A stretch of 64,000 bases of DNA from Candidatus Eiseniibacteriota bacterium (GTDB lineage Bacteria > Eisenbacteria > RBG-16-71-46 > SZUA-252), in the NCBI GenBank assembly GCA_963703225.1, contig OY969801.1, forward strand, positions 1,600,001 to 1,664,000, in the 5' to 3' direction. The notes under the pieces were generated by a model that worked only from the letters and a program-made list of their open reading frames with translations, ran no database searches and had not been told where the DNA came from. Position 1 is the stretch's first letter; the number at the start of each line of letters is the position of its first letter. Positions 30,475-38,480 of this stretch are shown here, piece by piece. Position numbers and translations under genes: made by a program.

Positions 30475-32244
30475 TCACGTCGGCAGGCCCTTCACCGCCA
30501 CGATCGTGAGGTCGTCGTCCTGATCCCCTGCCCGGTAGGCCCGGACGGTCTCCCAGATGCCCCGGACGGCGGTCGCGGCCGTCTCCCCCTTCCGGGCCCG
30601 GATCACGTCCCGGAGCCGCTCTTCGCCAAATAGCTCCCCGGAGCTGTTCATGGCCTCGGTGACCCCATCGGTGTAGAGGACCAGGAGGTCTCCGGAAGCG
30701 ATCTCCACCTGTCGCTCCTTGAAGGTCGCCGCCTCGAACGTCCCGAGAAGCGGGCCGGTCGCGTCCAGGGTATCAAACCGGTCGGCCGCGCCCCGGTAGA
30801 GCATGGCGGGGTTGTGCCCGGCGTTCACGTAAGTGAACTGGCGATTCTGGATGTCGAGCACGCCGTAGATCGCGGTCACGAACCGGTCGGGCTCTACGCT
30901 CTCCCAGAGGAGCTTGTTCACCTTCGCGAGCACGGTGCGGATGGCGTAGTTGTTCCGGATCTCGGCGATCAACGACGCTCGGAACGAGGCCATGATCAGC
31001 GCCGCGGCGATCCCCTTGCCCGAGACGTCCCCGATCACGATGCCCAGGTGCTGATCGGCGATCCGGATGTAGTCGTAGTAGTCGCCCCCGACGAGGTCCG
31101 AGGAGTAGTTGGCCCCGGCGATGTCGAAGTGCGGGACCTCGGGATTTCGATCGGGGAGAAACGTCCGCTGGATCCGCTGGCCGATGACCACCTCGCCTTC
31201 GAGGCGCCGTTTCTCGAGCACCTCCTCGTGGAGGCGGGTGCGCTCGATCGCGACCGCGGCCTGCGCCGCGAACGCGGTCAAGAGCTCCATGTCCTCCTCT
31301 TCGTAGGCGTCGGTCTCGTCCGACTCCAGATTGAACGCGCCGATCACCTCGGAGCCGATCCGGATCGGCGCGACCATCTCGCTTCGGGTCTGGTCCCGCG
31401 CGTTCATGTAGCGGGGATCGTTCATGACGTCGGAGACGATCACCCCCTGGCCCGTCTTCACGCACCAGCCGATCAGGCCCTTCCCCACTTTGAGCCGCAC
31501 CGCGTCGTCGCGGACCGGATCGTAGCCCCGGATCGTCTGGCGCGTGATCCATTGGGTCTGCTTGTCGACGAGGTAGATCCCCGCGGCGTCGTAGCGGACG
31601 ACCTGAAAGACGAGGTCGAGGATCTGCTCGAGGAGCCGCTCGGTCTCGAGGCTCGCGGAGATCTGGGTCCCCAGCTCGAGCAAGAGCTGGTTCTGCACCT
31701 TCTCCCGGGTGGCCTCGGCGTAGACCCGCGCGTTTCCGAGCGCGATGGCGAGCTGGATCGCCAGGTCTCCGAAGAACTGAATCTCCTCGTCGGGCGGCGG
31801 TTCCCGGTCGAGCTTGTGGAGGACCGCGACGCCCAGCGGTTCCCCCCCGCGCCTCAAGGGAAGCGTGAGAATTCCGCGCAATAGTGAGAGCGGCCGCCCA
31901 CCCCATTCGTCGGCGGCGTAGAGCGATTCGGGAAGCTCGGCGTAGTAGTGGGGAGCCTCCTCCGCCGATGCATGGCCCGCCAGCCCCTGGCCGATGCGGA
32001 GCCGGGGTCTACGGCCGACGACCGGGGTGTTGCCGAGCGTCCAGGGATAGAGGCTCGCGCGCTTGGGGTCGAGCGCCCAGAGCGAGAACTCCGAGAAGGA
32101 GCCCGCGGCGATGAGCAGGTCGCGCGCCCTTCGGGCGAGCGCGTCCCGCTTGAGCAGCGCCAGCTCCCTCGACGCGCGCACCAGGAAGCGGAGCCGCTCC
32201 TCCTCGGTGCGCACGGCAGCGGGTACCGTCGCCTCGCCGCTCAT
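30475..32244 (-). CDS. GAF-GAF-SpoIIE (RsbU-like PP2C) phosphatase
   Basis: Two GAF domains (GQGLAG; GKGLIG...DPRY...RSEMVAPI); VGGDYYD, GDVSGKG, NAGHNP, YTDGVTEA, DDLT. Confidence 0.93.
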   Translation of the reverse strand: MSGEATVPAAVRTEEERLRFLVRASRELALLKRDALARRARDLLIAAGSFSEFSLWALDPKRASLYPWTLGNTPVVGRRPRLRIGQGLAGHASAEEAPHYYAELPESLYAADEWGGRPLSLLRGILTLPLRRGGEPLGVAVLHKLDREPPPDEEIQFFGDLAIQLAIALGNARVYAEATREKVQNQLLLELGTQISASLETERLLEQILDLVFQVVRYDAAGIYLVDKQTQWITRQTIRGYDPVRDDAVRLKVGKGLIGWCVKTGQGVIVSDVMNDPRYMNARDQTRSEMVAPIRIGSEVIGAFNLESDETDAYEEEDMELLTAFAAQAAVAIERTRLHEEVLEKRRLEGEVVIGQRIQRTFLPDRNPEVPHFDIAGANYSSDLVGGDYYDYIRIADQHLGIVIGDVSGKGIAAALIMASFRASLIAEIRNNYAIRTVLAKVNKLLWESVEPDRFVTAIYGVLDIQNRQFTYVNAGHNPAMLYRGAADRFDTLDATGPLLGTFEAATFKERQVEIASGDLLVLYTDGVTEAMNSSGELFGEERLRDVIRARKGETAATAVRGIWETVRAYRAGDQDDDLTIVAVKGLPT

Positions 32245-32939
32245 CGCCTCCGCCGCCGCGTCCCTGCGGCGCGGGCGCCCGACCCCTGAAGCTCGTCGAG
32301 GAACGCGCGAAGCTCCCTCGGCCCCAGGTGATCCGCCCTCCAAAGCGCCCGAAAGACCCGCTCCCCCTTGCCCGCGTAGCCGGGCGTCGTCGCGAGGGTC
32401 CGCGCGAAAACGCGGCGGCGCTCGGCGCGGGACATCGCGGGGAGCCCGCGTCGGTTGAGTCTTCCGTCGATCCAGACATTCCAGAGCTCGTTCAGCGCTT
32501 CGCGGTCCCGCTCCGGGTGCCCCGAGAGGTCGACCCCGGACTCGTGGTCGTCCTTCAAGTGGCAGAGCTCGTGGAGGCACGCCTCGGCAAAGCTCCGCCG
32601 CGAGAACTGCCGCGGAGCGAGCGGAGGAGCGCCGGGCCGCCGCGACCACGTCCGCGTCCAGGACCGACGCCTGGACCGGGTCACAAAGTTCCCGAGCGCG
32701 AACCAGAGCCGCGCGGCTCGGTGATCGTGGGTGTTCCACTCGATGTAGGCGTGGTCGTCCCGGTTGGCCATATCGACGAAGACCTGAAGGTCGTGAATCA
32801 CGCCCTTGAGCCCCAGCTCCCGGACCGATTCCTTGAGCACTTCCTCCGCGGATTGGCGGAGGGCGAAGTCGGGCGGCTGCCACCGGACGTGGAGCGAGGG
32901 GTCGCTTGGCGCCACCTGCATGCCTTTGCTCTTCGCCAT
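32241..32939 (-). CDS. Hypothetical protein with an HExxH zinc-binding-like motif
   Basis: CLHELCHLKDD...NELWNVWIDGRL; coupled to both neighbouring genes. Confidence 0.7.
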   Translation of the reverse strand: MAKSKGMQVAPSDPSLHVRWQPPDFALRQSAEEVLKESVRELGLKGVIHDLQVFVDMANRDDHAYIEWNTHDHRAARLWFALGNFVTRSRRRSWTRTWSRRPGAPPLAPRQFSRRSFAEACLHELCHLKDDHESGVDLSGHPERDREALNELWNVWIDGRLNRRGLPAMSRAERRRVFARTLATTPGYAGKGERVFRALWRADHLGPRELRAFLDELQGSGARAAGTRRRRR

Positions 32940-33544
32940 CAGTTGCTCGCCGCTTTGATGATGAAATAGTTGAGCGCCGCGAGGCCGATCAGGATCGCGG
33001 CCGGATGGAGCCCGAAGACCCCGACGCGCGGCTTAGACGGCGGTGGCGCCGCCGGCGGTGTGGGGTGCGCCCCTCCCACCGCGGGGGCCGCCGCGCCGCC
33101 GGTCGGTTGCGGCGTGGGAAGGCGGAGCGTGTCGAGCGCCGCGTCGGTGTTCGGCTTGAGCGGAACTTCGATGGGGACCGAGCTGGTGTCCGGCTCCGCG
33201 CCGGTCTGGAGGTTCACGCCGGGCTGGACAACACCGGTGGTGTCCGGCTCCGCGCCGGTCTGGAGGTTCACGCCGGGCTGGACAACACCGGTGGTGTCGG
33301 CCCCTTGGCTCGGCTCCGGCCCCACCTCGGGCGGGGGGCCAAGAGAACCGTCCGATTCCGGCTCCGATCCCGAATCCGGAGGGTAAAGCGACGAGTCGGG
33401 GGCCGCGGGATCCTGGGCCGACGCGACGCCCACGGATGCGCAGACGAGCAAGCACACAAGCGCTGTCGATCGGGCGATCGACCCCACCTTGTCCCGGGCC
33501 TGCGACCGGCGACGGGCACGAACGGACCGTATGATCCGCCGCAT
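32939..33544 (-). CDS. Exported Pro/acidic low-complexity protein with C-terminal membrane anchor
   Basis: AGGAGG RBS; signal ending VASA-Q; C-terminal GVFGLHPAAILIGLAALNYFII. Confidence 0.65.
   Translation of the reverse strand: MRRIIRSVRARRRSQARDKVGSIARSTALVCLLVCASVGVASAQDPAAPDSSLYPPDSGSEPESDGSLGPPPEVGPEPSQGADTTGVVQPGVNLQTGAEPDTTGVVQPGVNLQTGAEPDTSSVPIEVPLKPNTDAALDTLRLPTPQPTGGAAAPAVGGAHPTPPAAPPPSKPRVGVFGLHPAAILIGLAALNYFIIKAASN
33184..33298. repeat. Perfect 54-bp tandem duplication (DTTGVVQPGVNLQTGAEP x2)
   Basis: 33184-33237 equals 33238-33291, plus 7 bp of a third unit. Confidence 0.93.
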
Positions 33545-33602
33545 CGACTTCTTCCTCCTGGTAGTCGTCGACTCGAGCGGCTGACGGCGCCGCACTCGAA
33601 TA

Positions 33603-34046
33603 TTAGTCGACGGTGGCCCCGCGCGGGCCGAAAGATTCTGCGCGGCGCAGGTAGGCTTCGAATTGATCCGGATTGAGGAGGACCCCATCGCGGAAACGGA
33701 GCGGAACGTCCATCTGCCCGTAGTGCCACAGCTCCTCGGTGTGCCCCACGGGAGTCAGCAGCACGCGGCCGGTCGGGAAACTGAGGGCGTCAAAGACGCG
33801 CCGCATGTCCGGCGGGAGATGCTCGCTCCAATATTGCATCCGGATGCTGTGGAGGAGGAGCTTTTCTTGATGCCGGACGTTACCCGACCACCACTCCATG
33901 GAGCGGAGGTAGTAGATGCTGTCGGCATCCATGTAGAGGATCTGCGTGGGGCCGACCACGGTCGGCGGATCGGGCGCGGCCAGCGCGGAGGCTGTCACGG
34001 CGAGCGCGATCATGGCGCACAGGAGCAGGGCACGAAGTCGGAGCAT
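33603..34046 (-). CDS. Hypothetical exported protein
   Basis: GGGGAGG RBS; signal peptide ending ALA-A; DMRRVFDALSFP...EELWHYG segment. Confidence 0.65.
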   Translation of the reverse strand: MLRLRALLLCAMIALAVTASALAAPDPPTVVGPTQILYMDADSIYYLRSMEWWSGNVRHQEKLLLHSIRMQYWSEHLPPDMRRVFDALSFPTGRVLLTPVGHTEELWHYGQMDVPLRFRDGVLLNPDQFEAYLRRAESFGPRGATVD

Positions 34047-34066
34047 GGCGCTGATACCTCCCCAAA

Positions 34067-34122
34067 AGGCTGAATTCAGCCTCCGAATGGCTCCCTGGGA
34101 GGCCGATGATTGCCCCAATTAT
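34067..34122 (-). promoter_or_regulatory. TATAAT -10 element plus a 16-bp perfect palindrome (candidate operator)
   Basis: AGGCTGAATTCAGCCT at 34067-34082; TATAAT on the minus strand at 34117-34122. Confidence 0.45.
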
Positions 34123-34159
34123 AGCCTATTTTTGTGAGGCTGGGAACGGGAGAACGGCT

Positions 34160-34516
34160 CTAGAGGCGGTAGAGGATGCGGCCGCAATTCTCGCAATTTT
34201 CGAGGGTTGAATCGGCTGTGCTCCTGGACGCCGAGGAGGTCGGAAGGCTCATCCGGCACCCCTGGCAGATGCTCCGCTCGACGGCGACCACGACCCTCGT
34301 GAACCGCCGACTCATCCGCTCATAGATCTGGAGCAGCCGGGAGTCGATCTGCTGCGCCAGTTCCTCCCGAGCCCGCTCCACCCGCCGTACGTTTTCGAGG
34401 GCGAACCCGAGCCGGGCCTCTTTCGTGGAGATCTCTGGATCCCTTGCCTCCCGGATCAGAAGGTCGAGGTCCTGGAGCCTCACGAGGGTCTGGAGCTGGT
34501 CAATCGGCGGCGGCAT
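34160..34516 (-). CDS. C4-type zinc ribbon protein (zf-RING_7; HP0958/CT398-like, short form)
   Basis: LVRLQDLDL start; YERM...CQGCRMSLP...CENCGRILY. Confidence 0.85.
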   Translation of the reverse strand: MPPPIDQLQTLVRLQDLDLLIREARDPEISTKEARLGFALENVRRVERAREELAQQIDSRLLQIYERMSRRFTRVVVAVERSICQGCRMSLPTSSASRSTADSTLENCENCGRILYRL

Positions 34517-34997
34517 GGATCAGGATCTCCTGGACCGACGAAAAATCTGGGGCCTCGATGAGCCTCTGGCGCGTCTTCACAAGCCGGACCGCCCGGACCA
34601 CCTCGGCGACGAGCTGGAGGTAGACCGGATCCCGCTCCACCGGGGGTGCCACGATCAGGAAGAAGAGGTGGACGGGCATCTCATCCACAGCCTCGAAGTC
34701 GACCCCGCGGGCGGAGCGCCCGATGAGGATCGCCCGCTCGAAGATCAGCGTCGACCGGGCATGGGGGACCGCGACCCCCTTCCCAATTCCGGTGCTCCCG
34801 AGTGACTCGCGCTGAGCCAGGAGGTCCAGTACCACCTGGGGGTGCCGGGTGACGCGGGCGGGGACCAAAGGCTGAACCAATTCCTCAAGGACCGCGGCTT
34901 TCTTCTTGGATTGAAGCGAGGGTAGAAAGAGGGTGGGCTTGAGAAGCCCTTCAATCAAAGTACCGGATCTTGGCGCTGCGGAGAGCGCGGAGGTCAT
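34500..34997 (-). CDS. PTS EIIA domain protein (Ntr/fructose type)
   Basis: RESLGSTGIGKGVAVPHAR with the phospho-His; GVDFEAVD..PVHLFFLIVAP. Start uncertain. Confidence 0.88.
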   Translation of the reverse strand: MTSALSAAPRSGTLIEGLLKPTLFLPSLQSKKKAAVLEELVQPLVPARVTRHPQVVLDLLAQRESLGSTGIGKGVAVPHARSTLIFERAILIGRSARGVDFEAVDEMPVHLFFLIVAPPVERDPVYLQLVAEVVRAVRLVKTRQRLIEAPDFSSVQEILIHAAAD

Positions 34998-35141
34998 CAA
35001 TAGGTTCGATCCTTTACTTCCAAAGTGCATGGCATCCGTGCCCCAGGCCACTACCTTACAGGAGGCAATTCGCCGAGGGCAAGGCTCTTGTTCCGCACTC
35101 AGGGGGCCCCAGATGTCACCCAATTGCTCAGGGCAAGGCGG

Positions 35142-35154
35142 TAAATATTTGATA
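35142..35154. promoter_or_regulatory. IHF-like binding site
   Basis: TAAATATTTGATA matches YAAnnnnTTGATW, in an AT-rich patch. Confidence 0.6.
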
Positions 35155-35200
35155 ATTTATGATTTATGGCATCGATATTTTGCGATCAAGACCCCACCCA

Positions 35201-35215
35201 CGGCACGCCCCTTGC
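35201..35215 (+). promoter_or_regulatory. Sigma54 -24/-12 promoter
   Basis: CGGCAC-GCCCC-TTGC with correct GG/GC spacing, upstream of an AGGAGG RBS. Confidence 0.65.
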
Positions 35216-35256
35216 GGCATCTGGGGGCCACACCCTAGCTAGGAGGGGCCGGTCCC

Positions 35257-35757
35257 ATGGTCATGTCCAAGGAACGTCGTCAGAAGCAGCTAGCCGTGGT
35301 GGGGGCCATCGGGAGGGAGCATTTCCTCACGGGCGTCAGGATGATGTATGCCTGCCGTTTCGGAGACGCCCTGCACCACTTCCGGGAGGCGGTTCTCCTG
35401 GAGCCTCAAGCCCACGGATACTTGAGCTACCAGGGCGTGGCCTTGGCCCACGCCGAGCGGAAGTACTCGGACGCGGAGCAGCTCTGCCGCCGAGCGATCG
35501 AATCGGAGTATCACCGCCCCGAGCACTACTTCAATCTCGGTGAGGTCCATCTCCTGGCCGGGCGGAGGGCCGAAGCGGTCAAGTGCTTCAACCAGGCGCT
35601 CTCCTGGAATCCCGGCTTCGAGGCGGCCCAGGATGCGCTCCGAAAACTCGGGGTCCGGAAGCCCCCCGTCGTTCCGATACTCCCGCGGAGCCACCCCGTG
35701 AACGTGGTCCTTGGGAAGGCTCTGCGCCGGAAGACCAAGGGACCTTTGCCGGCCTGA
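35257..35757 (+). CDS. Tetratricopeptide repeat protein
   Basis: ALHHFREAVLLEP, AEQLCRRAIE, YFNLGEVHL...FNQALSWNP; RKPPVVPILPRSHPVN tail. Confidence 0.85.
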   Translation: MVMSKERRQKQLAVVGAIGREHFLTGVRMMYACRFGDALHHFREAVLLEPQAHGYLSYQGVALAHAERKYSDAEQLCRRAIESEYHRPEHYFNLGEVHLLAGRRAEAVKCFNQALSWNPGFEAAQDALRKLGVRKPPVVPILPRSHPVNVVLGKALRRKTKGPLPA

Positions 35758-35791
35758 GGGCCCCTCTCTTGCCGGCTGGGGGGCTCACCCC

Positions 35792-36634
35792 TCAGTAGTT
35801 CGTCTTCCAGTCGATCAGGCCGCGCTCCCGAGCGATGCGCTCGCACCGCGCAAACCAGAGGATGGCGAATCCTGCCACCCCCGCGGTCGAGACGCACAGG
35901 ACCAGCCAGAGCCCGCCGTCCGACACTCCCTGGAGCGGCGCCGCGAAAGACCGGCCGGTCACGATGCGCCGGATCAGCTCGAGCCAGTACGTGAACGGAA
36001 GCCCGAGCGATATCCACTGAGCCCAACGCGGCAGGATCTCGATCGGGAAGACCGCGCCGCTCAGCAGGTAGAAGAGACCGGTCAATCCCTCGTTCAGATT
36101 GATGCTGTGGCGGGCGACGATCAGCGACGCGCCCGCCAGGATGATCCCCAGCCACGCCACCGAGATGAGCCCCACCGCCGTCGCCAGCGCCAGCACCCCC
36201 CAGTTTGTGGTCGCCACCCCGATCGGGAGGCCCAGCACCAGACCACCAAAGAGGAGCGCGACGATCACCCCGAGCGTGGCGGTGGCCATCTTGGTCGCGC
36301 CACGGCCCAGGAGATACGGAAGGAGGTGGAGAGGCGCCGTGTAGATGTACTTCAACGTCTCGTAGTCCTCCCGGTCGCGAAAGACGGCCCACGAGATGCC
36401 GATCAGGACCTCGGAGACATAGAGAAAGAACGTGTTCCCGAGGAAGAGGAAGAGGAACGTCTCGGCGGTCGCGTGCCCCTGCGAGACCACCCGGACCATG
36501 AAGAAGAGGATCAACGTGGTCGCCAGGGGCTTGGCTATGGCGAACACCACGAAGAGAAAGGGGTCGGCCCAATTCGCCTCGACCTGCCACCCCAGCCACG
36601 CCGAGGCGCGCATGACCTCCCAGATCCGCTTCAC
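35792..36634 (-). CDS. ABC-2 type transporter permease
   Basis: DREDYETLKYIY, LLSGAVFPIEILP, LPFTYWLELIRR; about 6 TM helices. Confidence 0.88.
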   Translation of the reverse strand: MKRIWEVMRASAWLGWQVEANWADPFLFVVFAIAKPLATTLILFFMVRVVSQGHATAETFLFLFLGNTFFLYVSEVLIGISWAVFRDREDYETLKYIYTAPLHLLPYLLGRGATKMATATLGVIVALLFGGLVLGLPIGVATTNWGVLALATAVGLISVAWLGIILAGASLIVARHSINLNEGLTGLFYLLSGAVFPIEILPRWAQWISLGLPFTYWLELIRRIVTGRSFAAPLQGVSDGGLWLVLCVSTAGVAGFAILWFARCERIARERGLIDWKTNY

Positions 36635-37458
36635 CCGCCCCTCAGGGTGAGCCGCCCCTCGCGCTTCCCCCGATTTTCCATCGCCGCCAGCGAGCGCTGG
36701 GCCAGGAACAGAAAGAGGACGAGGAGCACCACCTGAATGGGCGGAATCCAGGGCAAGGGCAAGAGCCCGTGGGCCGCCTCTCCGTAGAGAATCTGCCGGA
36801 TTCCGTCGAGCCCGAGCGTGATCGGCAGGAGCGCCGCGAATCCGGCCGCGACGACGCCCATCGCGCGGACCGGAAAGTAGAATCCGGAGAGAAGGTAGAT
36901 CGGCTCCTGAAAGAGCGTGGCCGTGTACCACGCTTCCCTCCCCCACAAGAGGAAGAGGCTGCTCAGGATCATCCCGAGGCTGTACACGGCACCCAGCGTG
37001 AGGAGAAAGAGGCCGAACGCCGGGAGCGCGCGATCCAGCGGGAGCGGGACGTGGAAGATCAACGTCCCGGCGAGCAGGATCACGACCGCACGGCTCGTGG
37101 TCATGGCCATGCCCCCGAGCGCCATTCCGAGCAGGATCGACATCCGCGAGATCGGCGTGATGAGGTAGAGTTGGAGCTGGCCTTGTTCCTTTTCCCAGAA
37201 GAACTGGCTGGCCATGCTCCAGAGCACGTTGTTCCAGTAGGCGATCATCGCGCCGCCCAGCACCACGAACGCCTCGTAGATCGGCGGCGCGTGGAGGCCC
37301 CGGTAGACCAGCACGAACGCCGACATCGCGAGGAACGGAAAGATCGTCTCGCCGACGATCCAGGATTTCTCGCGCCAGGACGCGACCACCCGGACGCGGG
37401 CCCGCGCGCCGATCGCCCCCAGGTTCATCCGCACGGTCTCAGCGAGGGTCATCGGCAC
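36631..37458 (-). CDS. ABC-2 type transporter permease
   Basis: WEKEQGQLQLYLITP, LLSGFYFPV, LPITLGLDGIRQ. Confidence 0.88.
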   Translation of the reverse strand: MPMTLAETVRMNLGAIGARARVRVVASWREKSWIVGETIFPFLAMSAFVLVYRGLHAPPIYEAFVVLGGAMIAYWNNVLWSMASQFFWEKEQGQLQLYLITPISRMSILLGMALGGMAMTTSRAVVILLAGTLIFHVPLPLDRALPAFGLFLLTLGAVYSLGMILSSLFLLWGREAWYTATLFQEPIYLLSGFYFPVRAMGVVAAGFAALLPITLGLDGIRQILYGEAAHGLLPLPWIPPIQVVLLVLFLFLAQRSLAAMENRGKREGRLTLRGG

Positions 37459-37460
37459 CG

Positions 37461-38480
37461 CTAGCCCGCTTCGCCGTCGGATCCAGGATCATCCTCGAGG
37501 CCGCGGCCGACCATATGGACGAACACGGTCTCGAGCGTGGGCTCCGACTTGGCCAGATGGAGCACCTGCACCTCCAGGGCCTTGAGCCGTCCCAGCACTT
37601 CCCCGATCACCTGATCCTCGGTGACGATGACCTGGAGCTGGACCGCGCCGGTCGCCGGGTGGGCGTGGTGGGAGAGCGACTTGATTCCCCGGATCTCCCG
37701 CAGCGCCTCGAACCCGGCGCCTCCCGTCCCCACCTGCAATTCGAATACAGGCTCCATGGGGATCGAGCGCTTGAGCGCGTGGGGCGTGTCGAGCGCGAGA
37801 ATCCGTCCGTGGTCGATGATCGCGACCCGGCCGCAGAGCTCGTCCGCCTCGACCATGTAGTGGGTCGTGAGGAGGACCGACCGATGGGGGCGCTCGCGCA
37901 CCCATCGCGCGATGAACGCGCGGACATCCCGGGACGCTTCGACGTCGAGGCCCAGCGTCGGCTCGTCGAGGAAGATGATCTCGGGATCGCTCATGAAGCC
38001 GCGGGCGAAATTGAGCTTTTGCTTCATCCCGGTGGAGAGGCTCGAAAGCCGGGAGTCCGCCCGATCGTCGAGGCCGGTCATGGCCATCAGCTCGTCGGCC
38101 CGGCGGCGCGCCTCGGCGCCCGGAACCCCGTAAAACCTCGCGAAGAGGTGGAGCGTCTCGCGTACGGTCAGGATTCCGTACCCGGAGGAGTCACCGCCCG
38201 AGACCATGTTGATCCGTCGCCGGACGTTGAGCGGGTCTCGGACCACGTCGTAGCCCGCGACGGTCGCGCTCCCGCTGGTCGGCAGGAGGAGCGTCGTCAG
38301 GATCTTGATGAGCGTGGTCTTCCCGGCCCCGTTCGGTCCGAGGAGCCCGAAGCACTCGCCCCGCTCCACGCGAAGGTCGACCCCCTGGAGCGCGAGGATC
38401 TCTCGCTCCCGGCGTCGGGCGCGAAACGTCCGGGTCAGCCCAACGGTCTCGACAGCCGCGAGGGGCTCGGTAGGACTCAC
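37461..38480 (-). CDS. ABC transporter ATP-binding protein (DrrA-like)
   Basis: GPNGAGKTT, LSTGMKQK, FLDEPT, TTHYM, EPTLETVF. Confidence 0.93.
   Translation of the reverse strand: MSPTEPLAAVETVGLTRTFRARRREREILALQGVDLRVERGECFGLLGPNGAGKTTLIKILTTLLLPTSGSATVAGYDVVRDPLNVRRRINMVSGGDSSGYGILTVRETLHLFARFYGVPGAEARRRADELMAMTGLDDRADSRLSSLSTGMKQKLNFARGFMSDPEIIFLDEPTLGLDVEASRDVRAFIARWVRERPHRSVLLTTHYMVEADELCGRVAIIDHGRILALDTPHALKRSIPMEPVFELQVGTGGAGFEALREIRGIKSLSHHAHPATGAVQLQVIVTEDQVIGEVLGRLKALEVQVLHLAKSEPTLETVFVHMVGRGLEDDPGSDGEAG

Noticed and set aside
35167..35183. Second sigma54-like site TGGCAT...TTGC
   Set aside because: GG-to-GC spacing is 2 bp too long.
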